Positions 36,501-50,300 of a stretch of 64,000 bases of DNA are shown in pieces. This DNA comes from Isurus oxyrinchus (taxonomy: Eukaryota). A program made the translations under genes and the position numbers. The stretch's first letter is position 1, and the number at the start of each line of letters is the position of its first letter. The DNA is taken from NCBI GenBank assembly GCA_026770705.1, contig JANJGN010000005.1, positions 21,328,001 through 21,392,000 of the forward strand, written 5' to 3'. The notes under the pieces were generated by a model. It worked only from the letters and a program-made list of their open reading frames with translations, had not been told where the DNA came from and made no database searches.

Positions 36501-39500
36501 TCTCTATTGGAGTTGTTAATGTTACACTAAATGGAGAGAAGGTTTGTATAATTTTAACATATTTTCTCATCAAATAGGCTTCCAGCAGGATAAAGATAAA
36601 TACAGCCCAAAAATTGTTCAAATTTGCATCTTACAGTATCTGAGGGGATATCCTTTTTCTATTTTTGGCCAACTTTCAGTCATTCTCGGTCTTAAATGTT
36701 GGCTTTAAATCTGCTTCTGGATATTGATTTTGATTTGATTCATTCATGGTATGTGATCCTTTATTGCCCATCCCTAGTGGCCCTTGGTAGGGTGGTGATG
36801 AACTGCCTTCTTGAACCACTGTCACCCTCACTGTGTAGGTACATGCACAATGCTGTTAGGTAGCTATGTTAAGATTAGCCATTCTGGCAAACTCTAGTAA
36901 CTGAAAGCTATGATGTTTGTGTTAGCATTAGATAATTTGGACTGAGAACCTAACTTTTAATAGTCTGTGTTTTCTACGTCTAAGTTAAACTCTTGCCACA
37001 CGGTGTAAACAAATTGCTCAGCTGAATGGTGCCCTACCAGTCTGCTGCTTTTCAAATAAAAAAATTCTTCAAACAACTGAATTTTTTTCTCACCTGAAAA
37101 CTATGCTTTCTTCCCCTCGCCCCACCTGATTTCTTGTCATTTCTTCCAGTTTTTGTCTCTTTAGCATTTACAACTTCTGAACCAGAGTTTGAAATATAGA
37201 TTTTCACCAACTGGGATTCTCCTTTAATGGTGGACAGGACCATGATCATGCCTCTGCCCCATTTCCCCCTCCCTCTACCCTGCTCCCACTTTTCACCTTG
37301 CCAGCCTCTGAACTATCTGCATAAATTTTCTGCCATCTACAACACCATTACTCCATCCAGAGCATCTTTGCTTTATAGAGGGACCATTCTCTCAAAGTGT
37401 GGTCATTTTTCCACTACTCCACATTCTAGGTGCCTTTCCTTGACATTCTTAGCCAGTACTAGCAGATCTCTGGATTTGGATCTATGTGAAGGAATAGAGC
37501 TACTTTGGGTGATGTACAGGAATCACAGTCGTTAGACCCAAATGATTATTTATATCAAAGTTGGTAACTTAAAGATAAAACAAAATTTTGTTTAATTGGA
37601 AAAAAAAACAATTTTTTTTTTCTCTGCAATGGCTGACTATTTGGCACTGCATTCTTTTAGACAAAAAAATTAGAACCATTATGGTTGTGCTCATTCTTCT
37701 AATATCACAGAAAATCGGGACCAATTGGAAATAGAAGATATAGTAATATTTCAACTGGGCATTAGGCAGAAATCCAGCGGTGAAGAAGAGGGGGTTATGA
37801 ATTGTCCCAATAATGCCACTCAGTAGTTGGTCAGTTGGTCTTTGCACTACTTGGTTAGAGTAGCGAGGATGAGGTTACTGGATATTTAGTTCCATTCCTG
37901 AAGGCTCTTTGGAGCAACAAAGGCTTCGGGTTGTCCTGGTGGGTTCATTGTGCCTCTGCTACAAATGTCTATGAGATAAGGATTCATGGAATATGTGGAA
38001 TACTGCATATCAGACATTTTTTTTTGTGTGTTGATCATTGAACTTTGAAAAAGGCTAGTTGGGATCATCCAAAAGAATCCAAGAGGACCAGGGTGGAGAA
38101 AAAAACCATAAGATGTAGGAGCAGAAGCAGGCTATTCGGCCCATCGAGTCTGCTCCACCATTCAGTGAGATCATGGCTGATCTGATGATCCTCAACTCCA
38201 TTTTCCTGCCTTTTCCCCATGACCTTACTGATTAAAAATCTGTCTATCTCAGCCTTGAATATACTAACAACCCAGCTTCTACAGCCCTCTGTGGTAAAGA
38301 ATTCCACAGATTAACCAGCCTCTGAGAGAAGAAACTCCTCCTCATCTCTGTTTTAAATGGGTGATCCCTTACTCTGAGATGATGCCCTCTGGTCCTCGAC
38401 TCTCCCACAAGGGGAAACAACCTCTCAGCATCAACCCTGTCAAGCCCCCTAAGAATCTTATGTTTCAATAAGGCTGCCTCTCATTCTTTTATACTCAACC
38501 TCTCCTCATAAGAAAATCCCTCCATACCCAGGATCAATTTCGTGAAACTTCTCTGGATTACCTCCAATGCCAGTACAACTTTCCTTCGATAAGGGGGCCA
38601 AAATTGTTCACAATATTCTAGGTGTGGTCTAACTAGTATAGTTTGTACAGCCTTGTATAGCTTTAGCAAGACTTCCCTATTTTTATACTCCATTCCCTTT
38701 GAAATAAAGGCCAACATTCCATTTGCCTTCCTATTGAACTTGTATGCTTGCTTTTTGGGGTTCATGTACAAAGACTCCCACATCCACCTGTGCTGCAGCT
38801 TTCTGCAGTCTTTCTCCATTTAAATAATATTCAGCTCCTCTATTCTTCCTGCCAAAGTTCATAATCTCACATTTTCCCACATTATATTCTATCTGTCAAG
38901 TTTTTGCCCACTCACTTAACCTGCCTATAATCCCTCTGTAGATTCTTTGTATCACCCTCCCCACTTGCCTTCCCACCTATTTTTGTGTCATCCGCAAACT
39001 TGGCGATAGTACATTCTTTTCTTCATCCAAGTCATTAATACATATTGTAAATAATTGTGGCCCCAGCACTGATCCCTATGGCACACCAATAGTTACAGGT
39101 TGCCATCCTGAAAATGCCCCCCTTATCCCAATTCTCTGTTTTCTATTAGTTAGCCAACCCGCTATCCATGCTAGTAAACTGCCCCCAACACCATGGGCTG
39201 TTAAGTAGCGGTATCTTATTAAGTAGCCTTATGTGCAGTACCTTATCGAATGCCTTTTGGAAATCCAAATATATTACATCTACTGGTTCCTCTTTATCTA
39301 TCCTGCTTGTTACCACCTCGAAGCTAATAACTTTGTCAGGCATGATTTCCCCTTTGTGGAGCCATTCTGACTCTGCTTGACCAGATTAGTTGGCCTAAAT
39401 CTGTCAGCTCTAAAAGAGCTACAGTAGATAAGTATATGGAAGACATTATAAACTTTGTAATGATGCATACCTCTTTTTATGAGGCGTGGTCACTAGGACC

Positions 39501-42500
39501 TGAGCCTGGAAAAGGAGTGCACCACAGTACTTACATCTCTTGAAGTGCTAATGTTAATTCTGAAAAACTGATTTTATAGATATCTAATACTGATTTTAAT
39601 TTCAGGCAAAAGTAAGTTCTGCCTTCAGGTATTTTTTCATGAAAAGTTACTTTTAGACTTTTGTTGATCCGATTTTCCATTCAAGAAACGCCTTTCATTC
39701 ACAAATTAAAATAGTGAGCGCTGCTTGCTCGTTTATACATTGCCACCCAGTGTCTTTTTAGTGGTACTGCATGCTAACTGTCAGCCAAAACAGTTGATGG
39801 GCTGCACACCTAACATTGCTGTGACAGTCATTTAATAATGCTAATTGCGATGCCACTTACAGGTACTGTAGGTAAATGTTAGCAATTGTAAAGTGGCTGT
39901 AGGTAGACCCTGATTTGGCAGTTTTCAATCCATTTTGTACTGGAATGTTCAGATCCACTTGGCTGCCTTAAACAAGGCACAAAATTTGCAAGCAAAGTGA
40001 AAATAAGGTTATGCTTATGTGTTGGCACTGCAGGTGACTTCAAGAAGACATACATGGGCTGATTGACTTGTTACGACAGATGAATTTGGAACAATGTGTG
40101 ATGATACATTATGGGAGAAAAGAAATGACAGGAAATTTCCCCAAATGTTTAAGCTATAAGAGGAGAGACATTTAGGTTAATTATTGTCCCACTTTCAAAC
40201 ATATAAGCATAATCAGGCTGTAAAAAGGCTCATGGTGTTTTAACTTTTATAAATCGAAGTATAGAGTGCAAAAGCAAAGGAATAATGCTAAATAAATATA
40301 ACTCATGGGTTAGGCTGCAGTTAGAATATTATATCCAGTTTCATGCGCCCTAGTTTAAAGAGACCTTTGAGAAGGTAAAGAAATTTGCTAACATGATGCA
40401 AGAAACGAGAGGTTTTACTTGTGAAGAAAAGCTAAGTAAACTGGGACTCCATTAATGCGGAGCAGGTTAAAAAGAAAATGGATAGAAATGTCAGAGTGAA
40501 GATTGGTAAAGGGAGGGGTTAGGAGACTTTTTATTTACGCAGATGTTAGTGTGGAATATCCTAATCAGAAATGATGATGGAAACAGAATTCGTGATTATT
40601 TTTAGAAAGGCACTCAATACAAGTTTGACATTCAAAAGAGTTAAAAGATTATGGAAGTCAATCCCTTTTCCAGAGAGTCAGAGCAAGTTTGTTGGTTAAA
40701 TGGGCATCTTCTGTGCCACAAAATTCAATGAAGCTGTAATTTCAAGGTTATAATAAGTGACGATCCAGCCAAACTACAATGACTTATTCAATTCATAGTA
40801 CATTTTCACTCATTTTTACCTTCCAGATGGATACTTTTGCTCACCAGTGTTGGATATTCAAGAACAAAACCATCATTGGCCCTCATGTTACTGAAGATTT
40901 AAAATTGATGTTCCTTCCACGTCACTCTGGGATTTTTCAATGTGTAATGTGTGTCTCCTCATGTCCAGTCTCAGCAGATGCCAATACAATTGCCAGAGCA
41001 GAAGCACTTGCTGTAAGGGTGATTATTACAGCTGTGGCAGAAGACCCATTGATTGAGGTAGAGAACTGTTTAATATGTAATATATGTATAGTACATATGC
41101 ACCACTAGATCTTTATTGATCAAGTGTTGTTAAATTCATACAATTTTATGTTTCAACCACTACTTGCTACACTTAATCCTATGATAAAAAGCTGACCACC
41201 TTTATTTTGCACATTGAGTTATTTTTGACTGTCTGAAGAGCCTTTCAGAAAGTCTGACTTGAGGGGAAAGAAAATACCAGCGATGCATGCCTGTTTAATT
41301 GTTTCATAACTTCTTTACTAGTACTATGGATCTTCCTTGACATTGCTCATGACAAGGATTCACCATTCTTATAGCAACAAAAAAATTTTTAATGCCATGT
41401 AAGAGAGAACCACTGATTCACTGACAGTGATCAAGTGTAACTTTAGTTACAATAATAATATGCTTGGGTTTGTTGTCATAGTATCTTTGTGGAGTGAATT
41501 CCACTGCTCTGTCTGTTATTCTATAAATCTGTTTTCTTTTGGTATTCTTTATTATATATAAAATGTGTATCTATTTAGTCAATGCGAACATATATTTCAA
41601 TATCTTCTGCTCAAAGCATTGTGTACCAGATGGACAGCAGTGTGTTGTAAAAGTGTTAAGTAGTGAAGCCCGCAAGTGAAAACCTCCCTGATTTAAATTT
41701 TAAATGGGTCCCTAGGAGACGACAACCTTCTCGTTACGTTTCAAACATGTGATTTCTTTTAAATGGGAGAAGAGAATTCAAATAAATATTCTGTCTTCAC
41801 ACTAGAAGACACAAATTACATACCAGACCTAGAGGATAATAAGGAACTTAAAGTAATAAATATCAGCAGAGGAAAACGTACTGGAAAAAATTAAGGGACT
41901 AAAATCCAACAAATCCTCAGGACTTGATGGATAACATCCGAGAGTCCAAGAAGAGCTGCAGAAGTAGTGGATGTGTTGGTTATGATTTTCCAAAATTCCC
42001 TACATTTTAGAACAGTCCTAGCAAATTGAAAGCTAGCAATGCAACGCTGCTATTCAAGAAAGGAGGAAGAAAGAAATCTGCCAACTACAGGCCAGTTAAC
42101 CTGGCATCAGTTGTCAGGACAATGCTGGAATCCATTATTAAGGAAGTCTTAACAATGCACTTAGAGCATAGCATACTTGGATTTCCAAAAGTCATTTGAT
42201 AAGGTGCCAAACAATGTTAATAGGCAAGATAAGACTCAGAGTTGGGGTAATATAATTAGCATGAACAGAGGATTGCTCAATAAACAGAAAACAGAGCAGG
42301 TACAAATGGGACATTTTCAGGCCGTAACTAGTGGAGTGCCACAAGGAATAATGAAAGGGCCACAGCCCTTGACCTAGTCGAAGAGACCCAAGAATAATGT
42401 ACCTCAGTTTGTTGACAATACAAAGCTAGGTAGAAATGCAGGCAATGCAGAGGGTGCAAAGAGATATTGACTGGTCAAGTAAGTGGGTAACAAGGTGCCA

Positions 42501-44292
42501 GACGGAGTGTAATGTGGAGAAGTGTGAGGTTATTCATTTTAGTCATAAGAATAGAAAAGCAGAATTTTTTTCGAAATGCATGAAAATTTTAAATGGTAGA
42601 GACTTGGGTGTTCTCATAGAAACACAAAGTTAACATGCAGGTACAGCAACAATTAAGAAGGCAAATGGTATTATGGTCTGAATTGCAAGGAGATTGGAGT
42701 ATAAGAATAAATAAGGCTTGCTACAATTGTACAGGGCTTTGGTGAGACCACATCTAGAATGCTGTGAGCCATTTGGTCTCCATACTTAAGGAAGGATATA
42801 CTTGCATGCAGACAATACAGTGAAGGTTCACTAGATTAGCCCCTGGGTTGAGAGGATTCCCCTATGATAGGCTGAGTAAATTGGGCCTATACTCCTTGGA
42901 GTTCAGGGGAATGAGATGATCTCATTGAGATATTCAAGATTCTGATGGGGCTTTACAGGGTGTACACTGAGTGGTGGTTTCCTCTGGTTGGGGAATCAAG
43001 AACTGGGGACACAGTCTCAGGATAAGGAAGCATTCATTTAGGACTGAGATGAAGAGAAATTTCTTCATGCCAAGGGTTGTGAATCTTTGGAATTTCTGTA
43101 CCTCAGAGGTTTGTGTCTCAGAGAATCCAGGGTATGGAGAGCAGGGGGGAAATTGGAATTTAAGCTGACGATCAACCATGAGCCTGCTGGGCATGTTGTG
43201 TGGTGTAGTCCTGCATCTATTTCTTAAACTCTTCTTTCTGTCTGTTTCCAGGTTTTGGCCGGGAAAAGCAAAAGCTTGGATTTTGGTGACATGGTGCCTG
43301 GTGGTGATAAAGTGCTCTCTCTCAAATTGATTAATAGGACTCGCGCCACTGTTCCCATTCGGCTTGTCATCAGTGCAGTAAGTTTTTTATTTCTCTAAAA
43401 AGTGACTAATTGAACAAATTAATGTATTCTTGGTCAGTTATAATGCAATCTTTGCCCTTTGTATTAAGACTTAGCCTCCTTGTCCTGATGCCAGACAGTT
43501 GACTTGACAATACCATAAATACACACACGCTTTTGTTTAAATTGTTTTTATTCATTCACAGAATGTGGGTGCAGCTGGCAAGGCCAGTATTTATTGCCCA
43601 TTTCTAATTGTTCATAAGGTGGCAGTGAGTCACTGCAGTCTATGGTGTATGTTCACCCACAGTGCTGACAAGGAGGCTCAGTATTTTGATTCAGTGATGA
43701 GAAATGAACAGTGATGTATTTCCAAGTCAGGATGGTATGTGACTTGAAGAGAAACTTGGAGATAATGGTAACAAAAACAAAAAATGCTGGAAAAACTCAG
43801 CAGGCCTGAGAGCACCTGTGGAGAGAAAGACAGAGTTAAAGTTTCGAGTCCATATGACTCTTCAGAGCCTTTATCTTGGAGATAATGGTGTTCCCAAGTG
43901 CCTGATGCCCTTGTCCTTCAAGATGGTAAAGGTTGCGGGGTTTGGAGGTAATGTTGAAGAAACCATGGCGAGTTTTACAGTGCATCTTGTAGATTGTACA
44001 CACTGCTGTCACGTTGTACTAATGGTGGAAGGATTGAATGTTCCAAGTGGATGAGATGCCAATCAAGCACACTATTTTGTCCTGGATGATGTCAAGCTTC
44101 TTGAGTGTTGTTAGAGCTGTGCTTATCAGACAAATGGCAAGTATTCCTTCAGACTCTTGTTGGCACCTGAGGAGTTGTCAAACATCCCCACTTCTAACCT
44201 TATGTTGGAGGGAAGGTCATAATAAGCTAACCCTTGCACCCATGTCCTCAGGCTGCAATGATTGGAGCCTCCAATAGCCAGCTAGTGGAGAC

Positions 44293-44356
<64 letters not shown>

Positions 44357-47300
44357 CGCCCCCCAATTGTCCATTGGGATTGATTTTACCATAGCTGTTT
44401 GTTGCGACACTTGGTCAAATACTACGTTGATGTCAAGGGCAGTCACTTTTGCCTTATCTCTGGAATTCAGCTCTTTTGTTTATGTTTGGACCAAGTCTGT
44501 ACTGAGATCTGGAGCTGACTGATTCTGGCTCTGTCAGCTCTTTGCTCAGAGTACAATTCAGCTTCAACTAGTGAAAATTAAATTTAAAGAAAGAAATTAA
44601 AAAATGAAATGAGATGATGATTGGCTTTGAACACTGCATCCTGAATTCATAGAATCTGGAGCTGAGCCTGTGGATTCCCCTCATTTATAACTTCAATAGC
44701 TATGGCACCTGACATCGCATTGCAATGTTATTGAGGGATAAAAACAGAGATATGTTATTGAGGGGTTGTTCTGTTGCATAACAAGTATCAACATGGAAAG
44801 TACTGTATCAGCAAAGGTATTTTGACATGGACCAATCAATTTCTTCAGTGTTCCATACTTATTAAACTATGACCTGAAACGCATTTCAAGATAACTTGTT
44901 ACTTAAAATCTTGAAAAACATTTGAGTCTTCTGCCGTGAGCAGTATGCTAACCCAGTGCACCATCCACTGCTCTCTAGATATACAGACAACATTTCCTCA
45001 ACGGGAACTTAATTTGCTTTAGCCATCTTGTGTTGGTTTCCAATAATTCTAAATACATTTTTGTGTTATACAGAACGCTGCTGCATGGAGATGTTTTACA
45101 TTCTCCAAATCTGACACGTTAACAGAAACTGCACCGCAGGCTGAGAGAATCTCACCATTGGTGGCCCCATCAGTCATGAATCATGTGATGCGAGCCAGCT
45201 ATGATGGAGAGGTAATGAGAAATTCTGAGCCTCAGCTCAATGTGTTCTTCAATGTTCAGTTTTGATCTCCTTTCAAAAGAATAAAAGTTTTTTTCTGCTT
45301 GGATATTTATTTCTGTCATAGGATGATTTGTACATTTTGGAAGGCTGAATAATGTCAGTGTGAGAAATCAAGTGGATTTCAAACTTTCTAAATTGTTCAG
45401 TGGCTTGGAAAAATCAATTTTTGGGAAGATTTAATGCTGTTGTTGAAATTTTGCTTTTCAGTGTCCTATAGGCAAGCTTAGCAGAGTGTTTTATTCTACA
45501 TGATCTATTTTAAACTAGAAAAAAACTTATTGTGTGGCACTGAAGATCGGATCTCCTTTTGCGTGAATTTCTTTGGTCATTGATTAAGAGTATTCACAAG
45601 CATTACAGAGTGACCTCCAAAAACGACAGTGGCCATGAGTTTGGATTGGCCTGAGTGCTAATGTAGAACTCAAGGACTTTGAACTTATGATAACTGTTGT
45701 GTACTCTGCATTCTCATCATGGTTTCCCAGTATCATCTAGCTGCCGATCAGCTCTTTGGTTGAAGACATGTTTTTAGAGCCATTTTAAGATGCTATGAGT
45801 TGACCACCTCACTGAGTACTGTTGTATCTATTCGTATGAGAAAACCTATAAATTATGAACCACCAAGCAAGGCTGTGATACTGTGGGTAAATGCGAAGTT
45901 TAGGCTAGTCACTTCCAAGTCAAGGATGTTATGATGTGGCAGGCAATGTGTGCCAGGTGGACCAAATCCACGATGGAAACTTGGCCATGCTATCACAACT
46001 GTTTTGCAATTTGTATTTATTATGAGTATTTATTATGCACTGAATTCAGAAGTAATAAGTCCACTAAGGCCTTTAGAGATTTTAAAAATTAAATTAAAAC
46101 TTTTATTAACAAAATATTTCAAGCACATACACAAGATTACAGTTACTTAATGCTATAACTAATCCTAAAATTCTTAATTAATCTAACTCCCAACTACATT
46201 CTCCCTTTAAGGCAACAGTCCAAAATAGATTTTTAAATTTAAAAGCAAGCCAACAAGTTATTACAGGATGCACTTGACAGTGGAATTCCAAAGGCTTTTC
46301 TCTAATTTTAGTTACTGGACACAGCAGACTTTTCAAGTATGGCTGGAGGCTTCCCTAAGACTGTTCCATACACACCGGTTAGATCTTACATGGCTCCTGT
46401 CATTCCTCTTTATGTATGTTTCTCTCTCTTTTATCTGTAAATTCCATTGTTCCAACTGTCTTTGCAAATTTGCTTTTCCCATAATAAAAATCTTTCATGT
46501 TGCCAACTTGAATGCTTTCCTTTTGGGACAAATAAAAGCACTGCTTGGCCTTGTTTATCTTGTTAGTTGTAAACATCCTACCATCCCTTTGAAACCCAAA
46601 CAACTCCTTCTTATCTAAAAATACAAATTTCTTTTACACCTTTGTTAAGACCTCATCTGTTTACTCTTTAGCATGTCTACACCTAACTCCTTTTGATAAT
46701 TTCAAGCTTGCAATCTAGCTGACTCCAACTCAGTTAAATCACACACAGACAGAATCATCCATACTCACCTCTATAAACCTACTTTAGAATAACCCACAAT
46801 AATATTATGAAAATTATTATAGTTTAGTAACAAGGAGAGAAAATTGGAGAGCCCATTTTCACAACCATTGAATGGCATTAGTGACATTTCACTCAAAACT
46901 GCAAGGATTATAGTTTGGGGGAAGTACAAAAAAATTTTTTGAAGTCCTTCATTAATGATTTGTGCATTGCTAAAATACATTCAATTTAATTTCATGTTAT
47001 TTAAATAGTGTGGTGATAGCTGTGGTTACTTTACCAATTCCGCTGGATCTAATTGTATGTTACAGAATACCTGCACCAATGATCACAAGAACAGTATTAC
47101 CTGGAAAAACTCAGCAGGTCTGGCAGCATCGGCGGAGAAGAAAAGAGTTGACGTTTCGAGTCCTCATGACCCTTCGACAGAACTTGATTTCGAGTCCAAG
47201 AAAGAGTTGAAATATAAGCTGGTTTAAGGTGTGTGTGTGGGGGGCGGAGAGATAGAGAGAGAGAGAGGTGGTTGTGTAGACAAACAAGCAGTGATAGAAG

Positions 47301-50300
47301 CAGATCATCAAAAGATGTCAGCGACAATGGTACAAAAGAACACATAGGTGTTAAAGTTGGTGATATTATCTAAACGAATGTGCTAATTAAGAATGGATGG
47401 TAGGGCACTCAAGGTACAGCTCTAGTGGGGGTGGGGGGAGCATAAAAGATTTTAAAATATTTAAAAATAATGGAAATAGGTGGGAAAAGAAAAATCTATA
47501 TAATTTATAGGGGGAAAAAAAAGGAAAAAGGGGGAAACAGAAAGGGGGTGGGGGAGGGAGCTCACGACCTAAAGTTGTTGAATTCAATATTCAGACCGGA
47601 AGGCTGTAAGGTGCCTAGTCGGAAGATGAGGTGTTGTTCCTCCAGTTTGCGTTGGGCTTCACTGGAACAATGCAGCAAGCCAAGGACAGACATGTGGGCA
47701 AGAGAGCAGGGTGGAGTGTTAAAATGGCAAGCGACAGGGAGGTTTGGGTCATTCTTGCGGACAGACCGCAGGTGTTCTGCAAAGCGGTCGCCCGGTTTAC
47801 GTTTGGTCTCTCCAATGTAGAGGAGACCACATTGGGAGCAACGAATGCAGTAGACTAAGTTGGGGGAAATGCAAGTGAAATGCTGCTTCACTTGAAAGGA
47901 GTGTTTGGGCCCTTGGACGGTGAGGAGAGAGGAAGTGAAGGGGCAGGTGTTACATCTTTTGCGTGGGCATGGGGTGGTGCCATAGGAGGGGGTTGAGGAG
48001 TAGGGGGTGATGGAGGAGTGGACCAGGGTGTCCCGGAGGGAGCGATCCCTACGGAATGCCGATAAGGGGGGTGAAGGGAAGATGTGTTTAGTGGTGGCAT
48101 CATGCTGGAGTTGGCGGAAATGGCGGAGGATGATCCTTTGAATGCGGAGGCTGGTGGGGTGATAAGTGAGGACAAGTTTCCATTATTTTTAAATATTTTA
48201 AAATCTTTTATGCTCCCCCCACCCCCACTAGAGCTGTACCTTGAGTGCCCTACCATCCATTCTTAATTAGCACATTCGTTTAGATAATATCACCAACTTT
48301 AACTTTAACACCTATGTGTTCTTTTGTACCATTGTCGCTGACATCTTTTGATGATCTGCTTCTATCACTGCTTGTTTGTCTACACAACCACCTCTCTCTC
48401 TCTCTATCTCTCCGCCCCCCACACACACACCTTAAACCAGCTTATATTTCAACTCTTTCTTGGACTCGAAATCAAGTTCTGTCGAAGGGTCATGAGGACT
48501 CGAAACGTCAACTCTTTTCTTCTCCACCGATGCTGCCAGACCTGCTGAGTTTTTCCAGGTAATTCTGTTTTTGTTTTGGATTTCCAGCATCCGCAGTTTT
48601 TTTTTTGTTTTTATCACAAGAACAGTTACCGCTTCTATACTTCAGTTAGAATATGTTTTAATCTCTTATAGATATCAAATGGAATGTTCTGTCTATCCAT
48701 GCATGATACCCACAGCTGACAAGAGGCACAAGAATGATAAAACTGCTCCTCCGTATATCTTTTTAAAAACTGTGGTTATAAAGCAGATGCTGATTAGAAA
48801 CCACTAAAACTGCAGTCTTTGGTCAACCAAAACACTCGTGTCTATTCTCTTCACTGGGAATACCAATTTTTCTTTTGAAAAGTTTAGAATGTTTTTTCAA
48901 ACTTTGGCAAACCTGAAAAATGTATGCTCTTCACTTTTTTTTTGATGGATCTTCTGCAGCATTTTAAGATTTTTAAATGTGTTTCTTTTTTTTTACAGGA
49001 TCCTGAAAGTTTTGTTTTGTGGGTTCATTTTCATGCACCACAGAAATATATCAGTAGTTCAGGTATTTATTTCATTTTGCAGTTTGAAATGTTTTGAAAG
49101 GCTTTCTCCACCAACTAATCACAATCTGTATTGATGACGTGGATGAAGGGACCCGTGCAAATTTGCTACTAATATAAAGATGGGTAGGGGAGCAACTCGT
49201 GTGCAAAAGGATAGGTTAAGTGAGTGGGCAAGATTTAGCAGATGGAGTATAAATGGAAAATGTGGGGTTATCAGCTTTGGTAGGAAGAATAGAAAAGCAG
49301 AATATTATTTAAATGGAGAACGACTGCAGAATACTATGGTTCAAAGGGACCTGGGTGTCCTTTACATGAAGCATAAAAAGTTTGCATGAGGATACAGCAA
49401 GTACTTAGAAGGCAAATGGAATGCTGGCCTTTATTGCCTGGGGTTTGGATTATAACATGGAGAAGTCTTGCTAGAACTGTAGGGCATTGGTGAGAACACA
49501 CCTAGAGTATTACGTACAGTTCGGTCTCCCAACTTAAGGATGGATATACTTGCATTGGAGGCAGTGAGAGAAGGCTCAGTAGGTTGGTTCATGGAATGAA
49601 AGAGTTGTCTTATGTGGGAAGGTTGAGCAGGTTGGACCTATACTCATGGGAGTTTAGAAGAATGCGAGGTGATCTTATTGAAAGGTTTAGCATACTGAGG
49701 GGGGCTTGATAGGGTAGTTTTTTTTTATTCACTCATGGGATGTGGACTTCGCTGGCTGGGCAACCATTTAGTGCCCATCCCTAGTTGCCCTTGAGAAGGT
49801 GGCGGTGAGCCGCCGCCTTGAACCGCTGCAGTCCGTGTGGTGTAGGTACACCCACAGCACTGTTGGGAAGGGAGTTCCAGGATTTTGACACGGTGACAGT
49901 GAAGGAACAGCGATATATTTCTAAGTCAGGATGATGAGTGACTTGCAGGGGAACTTCCAGATGGTGGTGTTCCCATCTATCTGCAGCCCTTGTCCTTCTA
50001 GATGGTAGTGGTCGTGGGTTTGGAAGGTGCTGTCTAGGGAGCCTTGTTGAATTCCTGCAGTGCATCTTGTAGATGGTACACACTGCTACTGTGCGTCAGT
50101 GGTGGAGGGAGTGAATGTTAGTGGATGTGATGCCAATCAAGCGGGCTGCCTTGTCCTGGGCGGTGTCAAGCTTCTTGAGTGTTGTGGGAGCTGCACTCAT
50201 CCAGGCAAGTGGAGAGTATTCCATCACACTCCCGACTTGTGCCATGTAGATGGTGAACAGGCTTTGAGGATAAGTTACTCGTCACACAATTTCTAGCCTC

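Larger units (their letters stand above)
43545..44520 (-). mobile_element. HER1-like LINE fragment hosting a mini-Penelope insert and an (AC)n microsatellite
   Basis: Homologous to 17561-18780 with deletions. Confidence 0.8.
47096..48612 (-). mobile_element. Young 5'-truncated Penelope-like element (Neptune type) with an inverted pLTR copy and 14-bp TSD
   Basis: TSD atcacaagaacagt at 47082-47095 and 48613-48626; inverted arms 47096-47476 and 48177-48563; GIY-YIG ORF fragment between them. Confidence 0.93.

Noticed and set aside
44925-44970. tRNA-like A-box on the minus strand (ggtgcactgggttagc)
   Set aside because: No B box or cloverleaf; at most a decayed SINE head, not a tRNA gene.
47097-48562. 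Duplicated 82-aa and 66-aa ORFs on opposite strands
   Set aside because: By-products of the inverted pLTR arms; low-complexity translations with no coding signature.
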